Below, one piece after another: positions 28,701-40,438 of a stretch of DNA of 64,000 nt. The stretch covers positions 608,001 to 672,000 of the forward strand of contig CAVVMW010000023.1 of assembly GCA_963749495.1 (NCBI GenBank), written 5' to 3'. Every line of letters begins with the position of its first letter. The stretch's first letter is position 1. This stretch comes from an uncultured bacterium (GTDB taxonomy: Bacteria; Verrucomicrobiota; Verrucomicrobiia; Limisphaerales; UBA8199). Position numbers and translations under genes: made by a program. A model generated the notes under the pieces. That model was not told the origin of the DNA. It searched no databases and saw only the letters and a program-made list of their open reading frames with translations.

Positions 28701-31700
28701 CAGTTGACGGTGATCAGGCCGGTGATGGCGTTCGAACGGTTCACAGAGATGATGACGTTGGTGCCGCTCTTGAGCACGCCGAAGGCCGTGTTGGTGAAGC
28801 TGACACCGGAATCGGCATCGAGGATGTTGACCAGGGTCGAGGCATAGGGATAGAGGGCGGCAGGCGCCGAGGGGTGCGAGAAGTTCACATAGAAGACGAG
28901 GCTGCCGGTGACCCGCGGGTCGTGCATGAGCGGGATGGCCAGCGACTTGGTGGCCTCGCCCTCGGCGAAGCTCAGCGTGCCGCTTTGGGCCCGGTAATTG
29001 ACGCCGTTCACGGCCGTGCCGTCGGCCGTGGCATATTGCACCGTCGTGACGCCGTTGGTGAGGATGCGGTCAACGGACAAAACGACCGCAGGGGCAAGCT
29101 CGTTGGTGACGATGACCGCGTCATGGGGCCCGACGCCCTGATCGGCATCGAGGATGATGATTGAGGCGGAGGCGGGGGCCAGGATTGCGGTGCCGCGCGA
29201 GGGATTGGAGAGCACGACCGAGAGGGTGAGATTGCCCCGCACCTGGTGGTCCTGCAGGATCGAGACGTAGAGCGTCTTGGTCACCTCGCCATCGGCGAAG
29301 GCCAGGACGCCGTTGGTGGGGATGAAATTGACGCCCGGCACCGCGCTGGCGGCGTTGGTCGGGGCGAAGGTGGCGAAATTCACCGAGACCGGCCCGGTGT
29401 GGCCGTTGGTGCGCAAGACGGTCAAGGCCACAAACCCATCCAATTCGCTGACCACGTAATTGGTTTGGGCCAAAACGAACTGGCCGGGGCTGGTGTTGGT
29501 GCTCAGGATCGTGAGGAAGGCCGCCGAGGGATTGAACAGCAGCGTGCCCGAGGCGTTGGTCAGACCGATGTCGACGATAGTGTCGCTGAGCATCGTCGGG
29601 CTGTTGAGAATGGGCACAAAGGCCGTCAGGTTGGACATGCCGACCGGGAAGGAGACGGTGTTGGAAACGGACTGGTAGTCGAAATTGAGGCGGGCGGTGC
29701 CGTTGGTGATCGAGAAGAAATCGACCGTGGCCGGGAACCGGGTGCTGCCCTGGCGGAAGAGGATGACGGGGGCCCGCCCGGTGGGGATGTCCTGCCTCAC
29801 CGAGTAGTTGGTCGAGGTGAAACTGACGGAGCTGTCATCGTTCAGGATATCGAGCGTCGCCACATATTGGTCGCCCAGGGCCGCCCCGCCCTGCGGATTG
29901 CTCAAGGCGAGATTGGCCGTCAGGTCCGGAGTAATCTGATAGTCCTGCATGACCGGCACCCGGACCGACTGAAAGGTCTCGCCGGCGGGGAAGGTGAGAG
30001 TCGTCGCAACGTTCGAGTAGTTCACGCCGTTGCGGGCGGTATTGTCGGCGGTCGCGAAGTCGATCGAGACGCTCCCGTCGGTGCCGCCGCTGCGGCGGAC
30101 GGTGATGAGGGCGTTGGTGGAGTTCTCGTCGGCCCGGAAGACGGGGCTGGCGAAGGTCAGGGCGCCGGCGCCGACCATGCTGCCGCCAAAAACGCGGGCA
30201 ATGTGCCCGCGGGGCTGCTGGTCGAACGAGGTGAAGCCGCCCCCCACCACGAACATGCCGTTGGCGCCCAGATCGATGGTGTTGATGAAGCTGTCGGCGC
30301 CATAGCCGAAGTTGATGGAGGGGTCGGCGGTGCCGTCGGGCATCAGGCGGGTGATGTGGCCGCGGCTGACGCCGTTGACATGGGTGAACGCACCGACCAG
30401 GACGATGCGGTTGTCAGGCTGGATGAGGATGGCATCGACCGTATCGTCGGCGCCCGGGCCGAGGTTGGCCGCGAAGGCGGAGTCCAGGACGCCATCCGCG
30501 TTGAGCCGGGCAATGTGGTTGAGAGCCAGACCATTGAAACTGGTGAAGGAGCCGCCGACGAGGATGGAGCCGTCGAGCTGGATGGCCAGGGCCCGGACGG
30601 GGTTGGTGGCGCCCAGGCCAGGGTTGAAGGTCAGGTCGAGCGTGCCGTCGGCGTTGAGCCGGGCCACGCCGTTGTAGCCGGCATTGTTCACGGAGGTGAA
30701 GTCGCCGCCGATGAGGATTTGGCCGGCGTGCAGGGTGTTGGTGGGATAGACCGCGATGGCGTAAACGATGGCGCCGGGGCTGAGGACGGGCACGAAAGTC
30801 AAGTCGACCGTGCCGTCGTCGTTCATGCGCGCCATCCCGCTGAGTGTGGTCCCGTTCAAATGAGTGAAATCGCCGCCCACCAGCAGCGAGCGGGCGGAGC
30901 CTCCGGGCGGGAAGCTCTCTGCCAGCGCGTACACGCTGCCATCCGCCCCGGACCCGGGACTGAAGAGGCTGTTGACCGAGCCGTCGGGCAGCACGCGCGC
31001 AATATGGTAGCGATTGACGCCGTTGATGGCGGTGAACGCGCCGCCCAGGACGATCCGGCCATCGTTTTGGAGGAGGAGCGTGTTCACGCCGGCATTGGCG
31101 CCGGACATGTTGTCCAGGAAGCTCGAGTCGAGGGTGGAGTCCGCGTTAAGGCGGGCAATCCGGTTGCGGCCCGCGCCTCCGACTGAGGTGAAGGCGCCGG
31201 CGGCGAGGATCCCGCCGTTGGTCTGGACGGCCACCGAGAGCACGTCGCCATTGAAGCCGGGGTTGGCGGGGAAGTTCGGGTCCGGTGTTCCCGGCGGGGC
31301 GTTGATGGCCTCGGCGTCCAGGATTCGGACCACGGCGGTCGCCGGGAATCCCAGCACCGCGCCGGGTGGAGTCGGGTTGGTGAGGCTCACGGTGAAGAAG
31401 AAGTTGGGCGGATCGACGATATGATCGTCATTGACGGGGACGGCGAAGCTGGCGCTGACCTGGCCGGGGGCGAAGGTCAGGGTGCCGTTGGTGGCGGCGA
31501 AATTGCGGAAGAACTCGGGGCCGGTCGAGACCGCCGTGCCATCGGCGGTCGCGAAGTTCACTGTGAGCGTCTGGTCGGCGCCGGCGGCGCGGATGACACT
31601 GATGGTGGCGTAGCCGCCGTTTTCGTTGGCGTAGTAATTGGGGGCGCTGAACTGGAGATTGCCGTAGCGATCGTCGTCCACAATGGTGACGGTGGCGACG

Positions 31701-34700
31701 GTGCGGGAGCCCTGCAGCATGGTTGGGGAGTTGGTGCCGTAGGCCACTGGATTGGACAAGCGGACCTGGAAGGTCGTATCGGGTCCCACCAGGTTGTCAT
31801 GGATCAAGGGGACCACGACATAGCGCGGTGAGGAATCACCGTTGTCCCAGAAGAGGTTGGTCGAAGTGCTGGTGTAGTTGACGCCGGGCTGGGCGGTGCC
31901 GTTGTTGGTAGTGGTGCACAGGACGGAGATGGCGCCCTTGCTCCCGCCGGTGCGGACGAGGGTCAGGACCGCGGCCCCTGAGCTCTCGTTGGTGGTGTAG
32001 CTGCTCGAGCTGAAGTTGAGGTAGCCGATCGGGTAGTTGTCATCCACAATGTAAAGAGTGGCGTTGCTCAGGCTGAAGGCGCCGCTGCTCAGGACCGAGA
32101 GGCTCAAACCGACGATGCGGTCCTGCGGCTGGATATTGGTATTGTTGATGATGGGGACGGCGAAAACCGCATTGGTCACGCCTGCGGGGAAGAGCAAGGT
32201 CCCGTTGGTGGGCCAATAATCGGTTCCGATGACCGCAGTGCCCGTGGCCGTGGTGCCATAGCGCATCGAGACGTTGCCATAGGTGCCGTTGGTCCGGGTG
32301 ACGCTGATCAAAGCGCGCCCGACGTTCTCATCCACGCTGAACGAGGGGAAGGCAAACCCGAAAACACCCGGCACGTGGCTGTCATCCACAATCGTGAGGG
32401 GAGCCAGGGAGCGGCCCAGGGCGCCGCTGATGGGAATGGTCTCGCCGCCGAAGAAGAATTGGTCGGCGCAGGACGGGTTGGCCAGGGCGATGGAGGCCTG
32501 CCGGTCGCCCGGCGTCGGGCTGCGCAGGACGCTGATGATGACCCGGTCCGCCGTATAGTTGAAGAAGTAGTTCCCGTAAATGTCGGTGGGGGTGGCGCTC
32601 GCGCCGAACAGACCGTCGCTGAAACAGCGGGTCAGCGCCCCGGGCGGGGCCGCCGGCAGGTAGTCGTAGAGACGCCAGGCGGTCAGGTAGGTCGGCACCG
32701 ACCCGCTGTAGGCGTAATCGGCTCCGCTCACGGCCAGGCCGGAGGGGACGCTGATGTTGGCGGAGAGGAAGCCCAGGATGCCATTGGTGCGGGTCAGCGA
32801 GATGGTGGCGGAGGCGGAGCTTTTGACGACGCTGTAATTGGGATAAGTGAGGGAGAGGTTGCCCGGCCCCGGGGTGGCGCCGCCCCAGAGACGGGCGAAA
32901 TTGGAGCGGTTGCGCAGCCCGGCGCGGGTCTTGGGCTCGCTATAAAGGTTTTGGTTGTAGGGACCAAAGGTATCCGTGGGGTCGATGCGGATAGCGGCGT
33001 TGGCTTGGCCTCCGCCCACTTGCGTGAAGCTGCCGCCAATCACGACCTTGCCATCGCTCTGAACGCCGGCGGCATAGACCGCCCCCGCCGGGTCGGAGAA
33101 GCGCCGCCGGTGCAGGCCGGCAAACTGGTTGTAGGCCGTGTCCAGGAAGCTCGTATCCACGGTTCCGTCACCGAAGAGCCGCGTGAACCCCAGGCGATGG
33201 GTGCCGTTGAAGGAGGTGAAATTGCCGCCGACGTAAATCGTGCCATCGGCCTGAAGGAGGATGGTCAGGACCGAGCCATCGGCGCCGGTGCCCGGATCGA
33301 AGGAGGTGTCCAGGAGGCCGTTGGAGGCCAGACGCACGATGTGGCGGCGAGAGATGCCCTGGACGGTGGTGAACTCGCCGCCCACCAGCAGGTTGCCCAG
33401 GGGATCGATGGCCAAGGCGTGGACCACGCCGTCCACCCCGGAGCCCAGGGCAGCGGTATAGGCGAGGTTCAGTGAGCCATCGGCGTTGAGGCGGGCCAGG
33501 TTGTTCAACGCCACCCCTCCGACCGAGGTAAAGTCCCCGCCGATATAGATCCGGCCGTTATAGACGGCCAAGGCATTGATGGTGTTCCCGGTGATGGTGG
33601 GCGGCACGAACGAGGTGTCCAGACTGCCATCGGCGTTCAGGAGGGCGACGTGGCTGCTGGCTGTGCCGTTGTAGAATGAAAAGTCACCGGCGATGAGGAA
33701 CTCGCCGTTGGGCATAATCATCACGGTCCGCACGGGCGCATCGACCCCGAGCCCGGCGCTGAACTGGCCCGATGCCAGCGAGCCGTCACTGTTGAGCAAG
33801 GCGACGCCCGGACTTTGCTGGCCGTTGAATGCGCCAAAGGCGCCGCCCACCAGGACCGTCCCGTAGGGCGTGGCCGCCACGCTGCTGATGAACCCGTCGG
33901 CGCCGCCCAGGGGCGGCGCCAGGAACGACTTGTCCAGCGAGCCATCCGCGTTGGCCCGGGCGATGCGGTTGCGCGCGTAGGCGTTATACGAGTGGAAATC
34001 GCCGACGAGGATCGTCTGATCCAGGACATTGGTCACCACGACGGTATTGGTGCCGACGATATTGGTCGTGATGAAGGAGTTGGGCAGGACTGCCAGGCCC
34101 ATAATCTGGCCATCGGGGCCCGGCTTGTCCAGATCGTCCGGGTCCGAGAACGGCGTCGTGGCCAGCGCCGTCGTGAGATTGTGATCGGGGTTGTGGAGTT
34201 CATCGAGCGAGCCCGCCGGCGGATTCTCGTCGTTGAAGAGGATGGTCACGTAGCATTCGCCGGCGGCGCCGACCGGGACGATGCCGCCACCGGTGGCATC
34301 CCTCCAGATCGAGACCTTGAAAACGCGGGCGAACTTGGTGAAGCCGTCGTTGGTGATGGTGAAGGAGATCGTCTTGTAAGCGCTGTTGTTGCCGAAGCTG
34401 AGATCGCCTTCGGCCAGCACAAAATCGGAGTTGGTGCCGTGAATGCTCGCCTGGGTCGGGTCGTACGCGGGCGTGGGCGTGGCATAGTCGCATCCCGGTT
34501 CCAGCGGGAAGAAGTTGTCCCACCCCTCGGGAGCCACGTCGTCCACGTAGAGCCTGTTGACGCGATAGTGAATCGCAGCGCCGTCCCCCGTTAACCGAAT
34601 GAACGTGCGATAAACCGTCAGCAGGACCGAACCGTAGTAGGTATCCACGTCCTCGGGAAAGCGATAGTGGACCTTCGAGAAGTTGAACACGTCCCGGTTC

Positions 34701-35953
34701 GGCTCGGGATCGGCGACAAAGCTGTAATTCATGACCTGGACTGTGGCGTTGGACCAGGAGTTGTCGAGCCGCGGCGGCGAGACATCCAGCGATTCGGCGG
34801 GGTCGGGCCTGGGGTTGGAGAGCATGAGGGAAAAATTGTAGCCCACAGTGTTGGTGTCAAATGAGAAGCCCATGACGGAACCAAAGATGGGGACGGTGAA
34901 CTCCTTTGCCATCTCGAAGTCATCGAACGCCAGCGTCCCCGACACGGGCATATAATCCGTATAGGGAAATGCGGTATCGTTAGTGCCCACGACAGTGGAG
35001 TAATTGACCAGGGCGCGTCCGCTGGAGCCGGCCACGCGCGTGACGGTGACGACCACGCCGGTGGCAAAATACCCGTAGTAGGTCTTGTAATCGCTATTCC
35101 AGTCCGGCATGCTCTCGATTGGCGTGCAGTAATACATCGGGATGGGGCCGCTGGGGTTGTTCCAGTTGAATTGCTCGCTGGCGAAGCGAAAGACCCCGGA
35201 GGAGTGATAGGCCCAATTGAGGACCGGAAACCCGTTGGGCGCGGTGGTAGTCGTGCTGCCCCCGAAGATCGAGCCGCTCCCGGAGGAGTTGGCGGTCGAA
35301 CTGCTCTTGCTGTTGATGGCGACGTAGTAGGTGGTATTGGAGACGGCATTGAAACGCAGGGCGCTGGGCCCGCCGAAGGGCAAGGTCGCCAGGCTGCCCA
35401 GGCTCGCATACTGGTCCTTCTGGAGCAGGTACGGGGAGAGGTCGTCGTTGGCCGCAATCTGCGTGAGGTGGCCAAGGTCGGCCCCCGTATAGACCGCCAG
35501 GATGGTATCGAGCACGCCGTTCTGGGTAACGTTCGTGATGGTGACGAAGAAGATGTTGGTGAAGACGTTGGTCACCCCGCCAACGATGTTGGTGAAGATC
35601 ATATTGGTCTGGTAAAAGACGAGGTTGGTGGACCAGGCGGCGCTGCCGAAGGTGTCCATCGAGACCTCGCCGTCGGCCGGGGCGGTCCATTTGTACCAGA
35701 TACTGTAGGTGGGCGCGAAGCCGGCGTGGTTGGGCTCGCTGCCCTCTCCGGTGGCGTTGCCATTGTAACCGACAATGCTGCCTGAACCGCCAACAATCTC
35801 CGTGGCATTGGCGAAGTTATCATTGGTGGCGGATTGGGCCAAGGCGGACCCGACAAACGCCCCGCCCAACGCCAGCCAGCCCGCCAGCGCCAGCCGGCGC
35901 CACACCAAGCCACACCTGTTCAATTCGATTCTACGCATAACAATAAACTTCAC
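25765..35953 (-). CDS. Giant surface protein with Calx-beta, delta-60 repeat, P-domain-like and DUF11 domains and C-terminal FFR domain (~3400 aa; frameshift ~27005)
   Basis: Signal peptide ALA-Q; NDNFANA domain; Calx-beta (ATADGTA..G.NY...GTL.F); delta-60 repeats (Q.DG.I..GG.FT...IARLNADG.LD); removing one base near 27005 joins 26819..35953 to the 25765..26724 frame. Confidence 0.88.
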
Positions 35954-35967
35954 ACGGTTATTTGGAG

Positions 35968-36048
35968 CCTTTGTCGGGACCTTTGTCGGGACCTTTGTCG
36001 AAGAATAGCCAATCCGACAAAGGCTTCGACAAAGGTCCCGACGAAGGT
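35968..36048. repeat. Inverted array of 12-bp units, copy 2
   Basis: CCTTTGTCG x3 facing CGAC(A/G)AAGG x3; GCCAATCCGACAAAGG is the exact reverse complement of 16351-16366. Confidence 0.8.
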
Positions 36049-36116
36049 CTCATAATTCGCCGTTTCTGGCACAAGGTCTGTCTCAGGGCCCGTCCTGGAC
36101 CGGCCCCCGGTAAAAT

Positions 36117-39100
36117 TCACCGCGCCAGGTCCAGATAGACCTGCCCGCTTTGCTGCGGACCCAAAAAGTAGCCGTAGCCATTGGTTCCCGGCTGGCAGAG
36201 CACGCCCTGGAAAGCCAGGGTCTGCGTCAGGCCCGGGGAGCGGGTGCTGCCGCTAAAGAGGCCGGACGAGGGCGTGAAACTGAGGCTCAGTTTGCTGCCG
36301 GCCGGCCGGACGACACGTCCATGGGCGTCAAAGCTGAAGGTATTGGTCAACGGATTGGCCAGGCCGCCGCCGGTGCAGAGCAGCGCGCCCCCGCTGAAGC
36401 CGGCCATAGAAGAAGCCGGCGTGTAGGGCCAGAGGGCGGCGGAGACCACGTTGGTAAAGCCGGCGGGATAGCTCTTGGCGCCGGGCACCGGGGGCTTGAG
36501 CCAGACCAACTCGCCGCCGGGGGACGCGGCGTTGAACTGGACCCAACTGACAATGCAGCCGCTGCCCCCGTAGAGCGAGGCATAGAGCCCCCAATAGCCG
36601 TCTTTGGAGAGCGTGGCGTTCTGGCTCACCTTGCTGCCGTCTGCCAGGGCGCCGCTGAAACGGACATTGCCGGCGGCATCGACTTTGAGGATGCCGTAGC
36701 CGTCGCCGGCGGGCGCGGCGCCGAGGCTCACGCCGCTGTGCGGAATGTGTGCCGTGTAGGAGCCGGCCTGGGCCGGGACAGGCCGATAGGCCTGGAGCGC
36801 GGCCGACCACTGGTTGCCGGAGGAAACCGTGCCCAACATCTGGCCGCCGCCCCCGAAATCCAGGCGCAGAGCCAGGGCCAGCGGCGGCAGGAGTGCGCCG
36901 CGGCTCAGGCTGGCCGTGGCGCTCCGGGTCTGGGCATTGAAGGCCCCGGAGGCCCTGTAGCTCCGCGCGCCCAGAGTGAGCGTGGCGGTGTAGGCCCCGC
37001 CGCGTGTCACCTTCGCGCTGAACGACCCCGAACTGGCCGGGGCGGCCCCGTTGGTGTCCGAGAACAGGCCGTTGTAAGTCCCCACGGCCAGTGCGAAGGC
37101 ATTGGAGGAGGGATCCTGAGTGGAAAGTGAGGCCGAAGGCGGGGCCAGGGCCAGGCCGGCGCCAGGGTTGTTGGTGGAGCCCACGGTAAGGGCCGCCCCC
37201 AAGGTGGTGATCGAGCCGAACGGGTTGGACACGACCACCTTGTAAACGCCCGCATCGGCCGCCTGGACATTGCCCCGGGAATAGGCGCTGTCGGTGGCCC
37301 CCGCAATATCCGCGTCATTGAACCGCCACTGGTATGCCAGGGGCGGACTGCCCGATGCACTCACCGTGAAGCTGGCAGTGCCCCCGGGCGCGACCGTCAG
37401 ATTGTGCGGTGCCTCGAGGATAGACGGCGCCATCATCACCGTGAGGGTGGCCTCGGGGCTGACGATATAGCCGGCAAAGTTCGCAATCGCCACCGAATAG
37501 GCGCCCGCATCGGAGGGCTGGGCATTGTCAATGGTGTAAGCAGCCGAGAGGGCGCCGGGGATAGCGACCCCGTTCTTGCGCCACTGGTAGCTAAGGGGGG
37601 CGGGGCTGGAGGCCACAACGCTGAAGGTGACTGCACTGCCAGCGAGCACGGTCTGGCTCAGGGGCGGCACGGAAACCGCCGCGAGCAGCGGCACGTTGTT
37701 CGTGGAGGCGGGCGGCGCAGGAATGGGCCAGATCGGGGCCGTAGTGTTGTTGCAATTGACGACGGGCGGTTGGTTCGTCGTGTTGGAGACCAGGTCGCAA
37801 CTGGCCACCAGGGCGGCGTTGAGCCGGTTTGACGTGCCGTCAGGATAGGTGACCTCAGTCGAGGAAAAGTAGCCGAAGTTGTAATTGCTCACCCAGCAAA
37901 GGCGGCCCTGGTTGCGCCCGTTGAGCTTCTCGGCAATCGAGACGCCGTCGGCCATGGCCTGGGCAAAATAGACCACCATGTTGGGGGAGACATCGATGCC
38001 GGTGAAATCGCCCGACGGGTTGCTGTTGGTGGCGGTGAAGCCATCCAGTTCGAGGTAATCGATGTAGAGGGCGTTGTGGCCGCCGGTCCCGGTGAAGACG
38101 AACTGGGCATTGGGCGAGCCGACCAGGATCATGCGGCCCAGGGCGGCGTTGTTCAGGAAGCCGGCGCCGCTGGAGCCCGGTCCTGGGCCGCCGAGAAGTT
38201 GACCACCGGCATGTCCTGGGCGCCGAAGTTGGTGATCGTGGTGCCCAGCAAGTCGCCGGAGACCGGCGGCGCCAACAGGCTGAAGCCCCCGTGCGCTACC
38301 CACACGTTGGCGTTGCTCAGCGTGGCCGACCGGAGCGTGGCCGGGTCCACGTTCACGAGGTTGGAAACCCCGTCGCTGAGATTGGGGCAGTCCAGAGAGA
38401 TGCCTCGGCCCGCCCGGAGGACCTGGTTGCTGGCCATCAGGTAACCGCTGGTGATGCTGATGTCGGCCTGCCTGGACAGGAGCATGCCGTTGGTGAGAAT
38501 GGCGGTGTCGGCCTGAAGCGCGAGCGGGCCTACGCCGCTGTCGTTGGTGCCGCCGGATTGGACGAAGCGGGCCCAGATCAATTGGCCCTGGCTGGTGATC
38601 AGCCCGTAGTTGACGAAGCTCTGGTAGGGCTCGTCGAACGTGGTGGTGTACCAGGGCGGCGCGCGGTGGCCGGCCAGCTCAAGCGAATTGGGAACAGTGA
38701 TCTTGCCGTAGTTGGTGAGGTACTGCAGGCGCGGGAAGCTCGAGGCCCAGACCAGGTCAGCGGACGTCAGGTTGATCTCGCCATAAAGGTTCGGGGCGCC
38801 AGGCGGATTGGTCACGATGGACAAGCGCTGCGTATCCGGCAGCGAGAGCGAGCGGAAGACGTTGAGCACGTCCGCCACGACCAAGTTCGAGCTGTGCAGG
38901 GTGACATCCTCGAACTGGGGCTGCACCTGGGTGACCAGGCGGCTGTCGATGAGGGTCACGTTGAAGTTCAGCAGCGCGCCCGGCGTCGGCGGTACGGCGT
39001 TGGTATCCGGAGCCACCCCGTTGGTCCAGTGGCCGCTCCACACGTCAATGTGGCCGCAGATGCGGGGGATAATGGGCGCGACCAGGCTGGAGAAGGTCAT

Positions 39101-40405
39101 GCTCCCGTTGGTGGTGGCCAGGTCCACGCTGGCGAACGGCGCCAGGATGTGGGCGTTGGTGCTGCCCGCGAAATGATTGGTGGCCTGGAGCAGCAGGAAG
39201 CTCTGGCCGCTGATGCGCGTGTCGGTCAGGTCCAGGACGTTGTTGGCGCGCAACTCGATGCGGCCCGGCTCGTTGGTGTAGTCCGACCCGGCGACATCCG
39301 ACCCCGGCACGAAGGGCGTCGGGCTCAGATCGAAACCAAAGGCCGTGTTGGTGGCGAGGACAGGATTGTTGGTCCCGAAGAAAATCGTCGGGTCATAGAT
39401 CGTCGGACTGATCAGCAGCCCATTGGTGAAACCCGGGAACGAGCGGATCACGATGTAGTTCAGCGGCACGAAATTGGTCGGGGTAAACTGCCACCGCAGG
39501 TCGTTGGGAATGATCTGCACCAATGGAGGCGGAGGACCCCCGGCAAATGAGATAAAGGCGCCCAGGTAGTCATAGAGATAGACCGTATCGGTTGACACCT
39601 CGCCGGTCAGCGCATTGGTGACCACCGACTTCCATTGGATGGCCCGGTCCGAACCATAGGGATACTCCCCAAAGACCCTGACCTCGGTCGAGATGGCGGG
39701 ATTGGTCTGGCTCAGATAGATCACGTTCACATCGGCCGCGCCCGAGAAGGGGTTGCTGGTGATATAAACGTAGGCGCTGAACCCGCCGGGGAGCGGGAGA
39801 TTGCTCAGGACGGCGTCGAAACGGAACGTGGTGGTGTTGGTGGACCAAGAGGTCGCCTGGAGGTAGGCGGTCGGGTCGGTGTCGGCCCCCACGCTGGCCA
39901 CGGTGCTGCGGACCAGGTCGAGGTTGTCGCCGCTCAACTTGAGCAGGCCGGAGTCGCCCACAGTCAGGGCGCCGCGATTGAAGATGTTCGTGGCATCGAC
40001 CTCCAGTCCGAAGCTCCCATAAATGCTGGCGTTGTTCGCGCTGACCTGGGCCTGGTTGACGAAATTGGCCGCCGAGAGATGGGTGGCGGCGTCGCTCTTG
40101 TAATAATCGAATCGCCAGCCGGGAAAGCCCTGGATGAGATTGTAATTGGTATAGTTGACGGTGTTCCATGTCTCGAAAGGCGGCGGGTAGGCGGCCACGC
40201 TGCTGGGGCTGAACTCGGCGAAAAAGTTTGTCAGGAGGATTTGGCCGTAGTTGACGAAGGCGGCGGCGTCGATCTGGGGCGCCGCATCCGGAGGCATGGT
40301 GTAGGCGAAGATCCCGTTATTCTGCCAGATGGGCGAGCTGGCCAGGGCCGGCGACGCCGCGAGCAGGCTGCCCAGAACCGAGAGGAAGGACCGCGTTCTA
40401 TTCAT
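36117..40405 (-). CDS. Secreted beta-rich protein with two Ig (I-set-like) domains and a conserved ~330-aa C-terminal domain (~1430 aa; frameshift ~38175)
   Basis: Signal peptide ALA-S; LSYQWRKNG...DAGAYSV Ig motifs twice; ORFs 38153..40405 and 36117..38303 join as AQDRG-SSGAGFLNNAALG. Confidence 0.8.
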
Positions 40406-40438
40406 AATGAAAGGGTTGCCGCCGCATGGAGTCCGGCG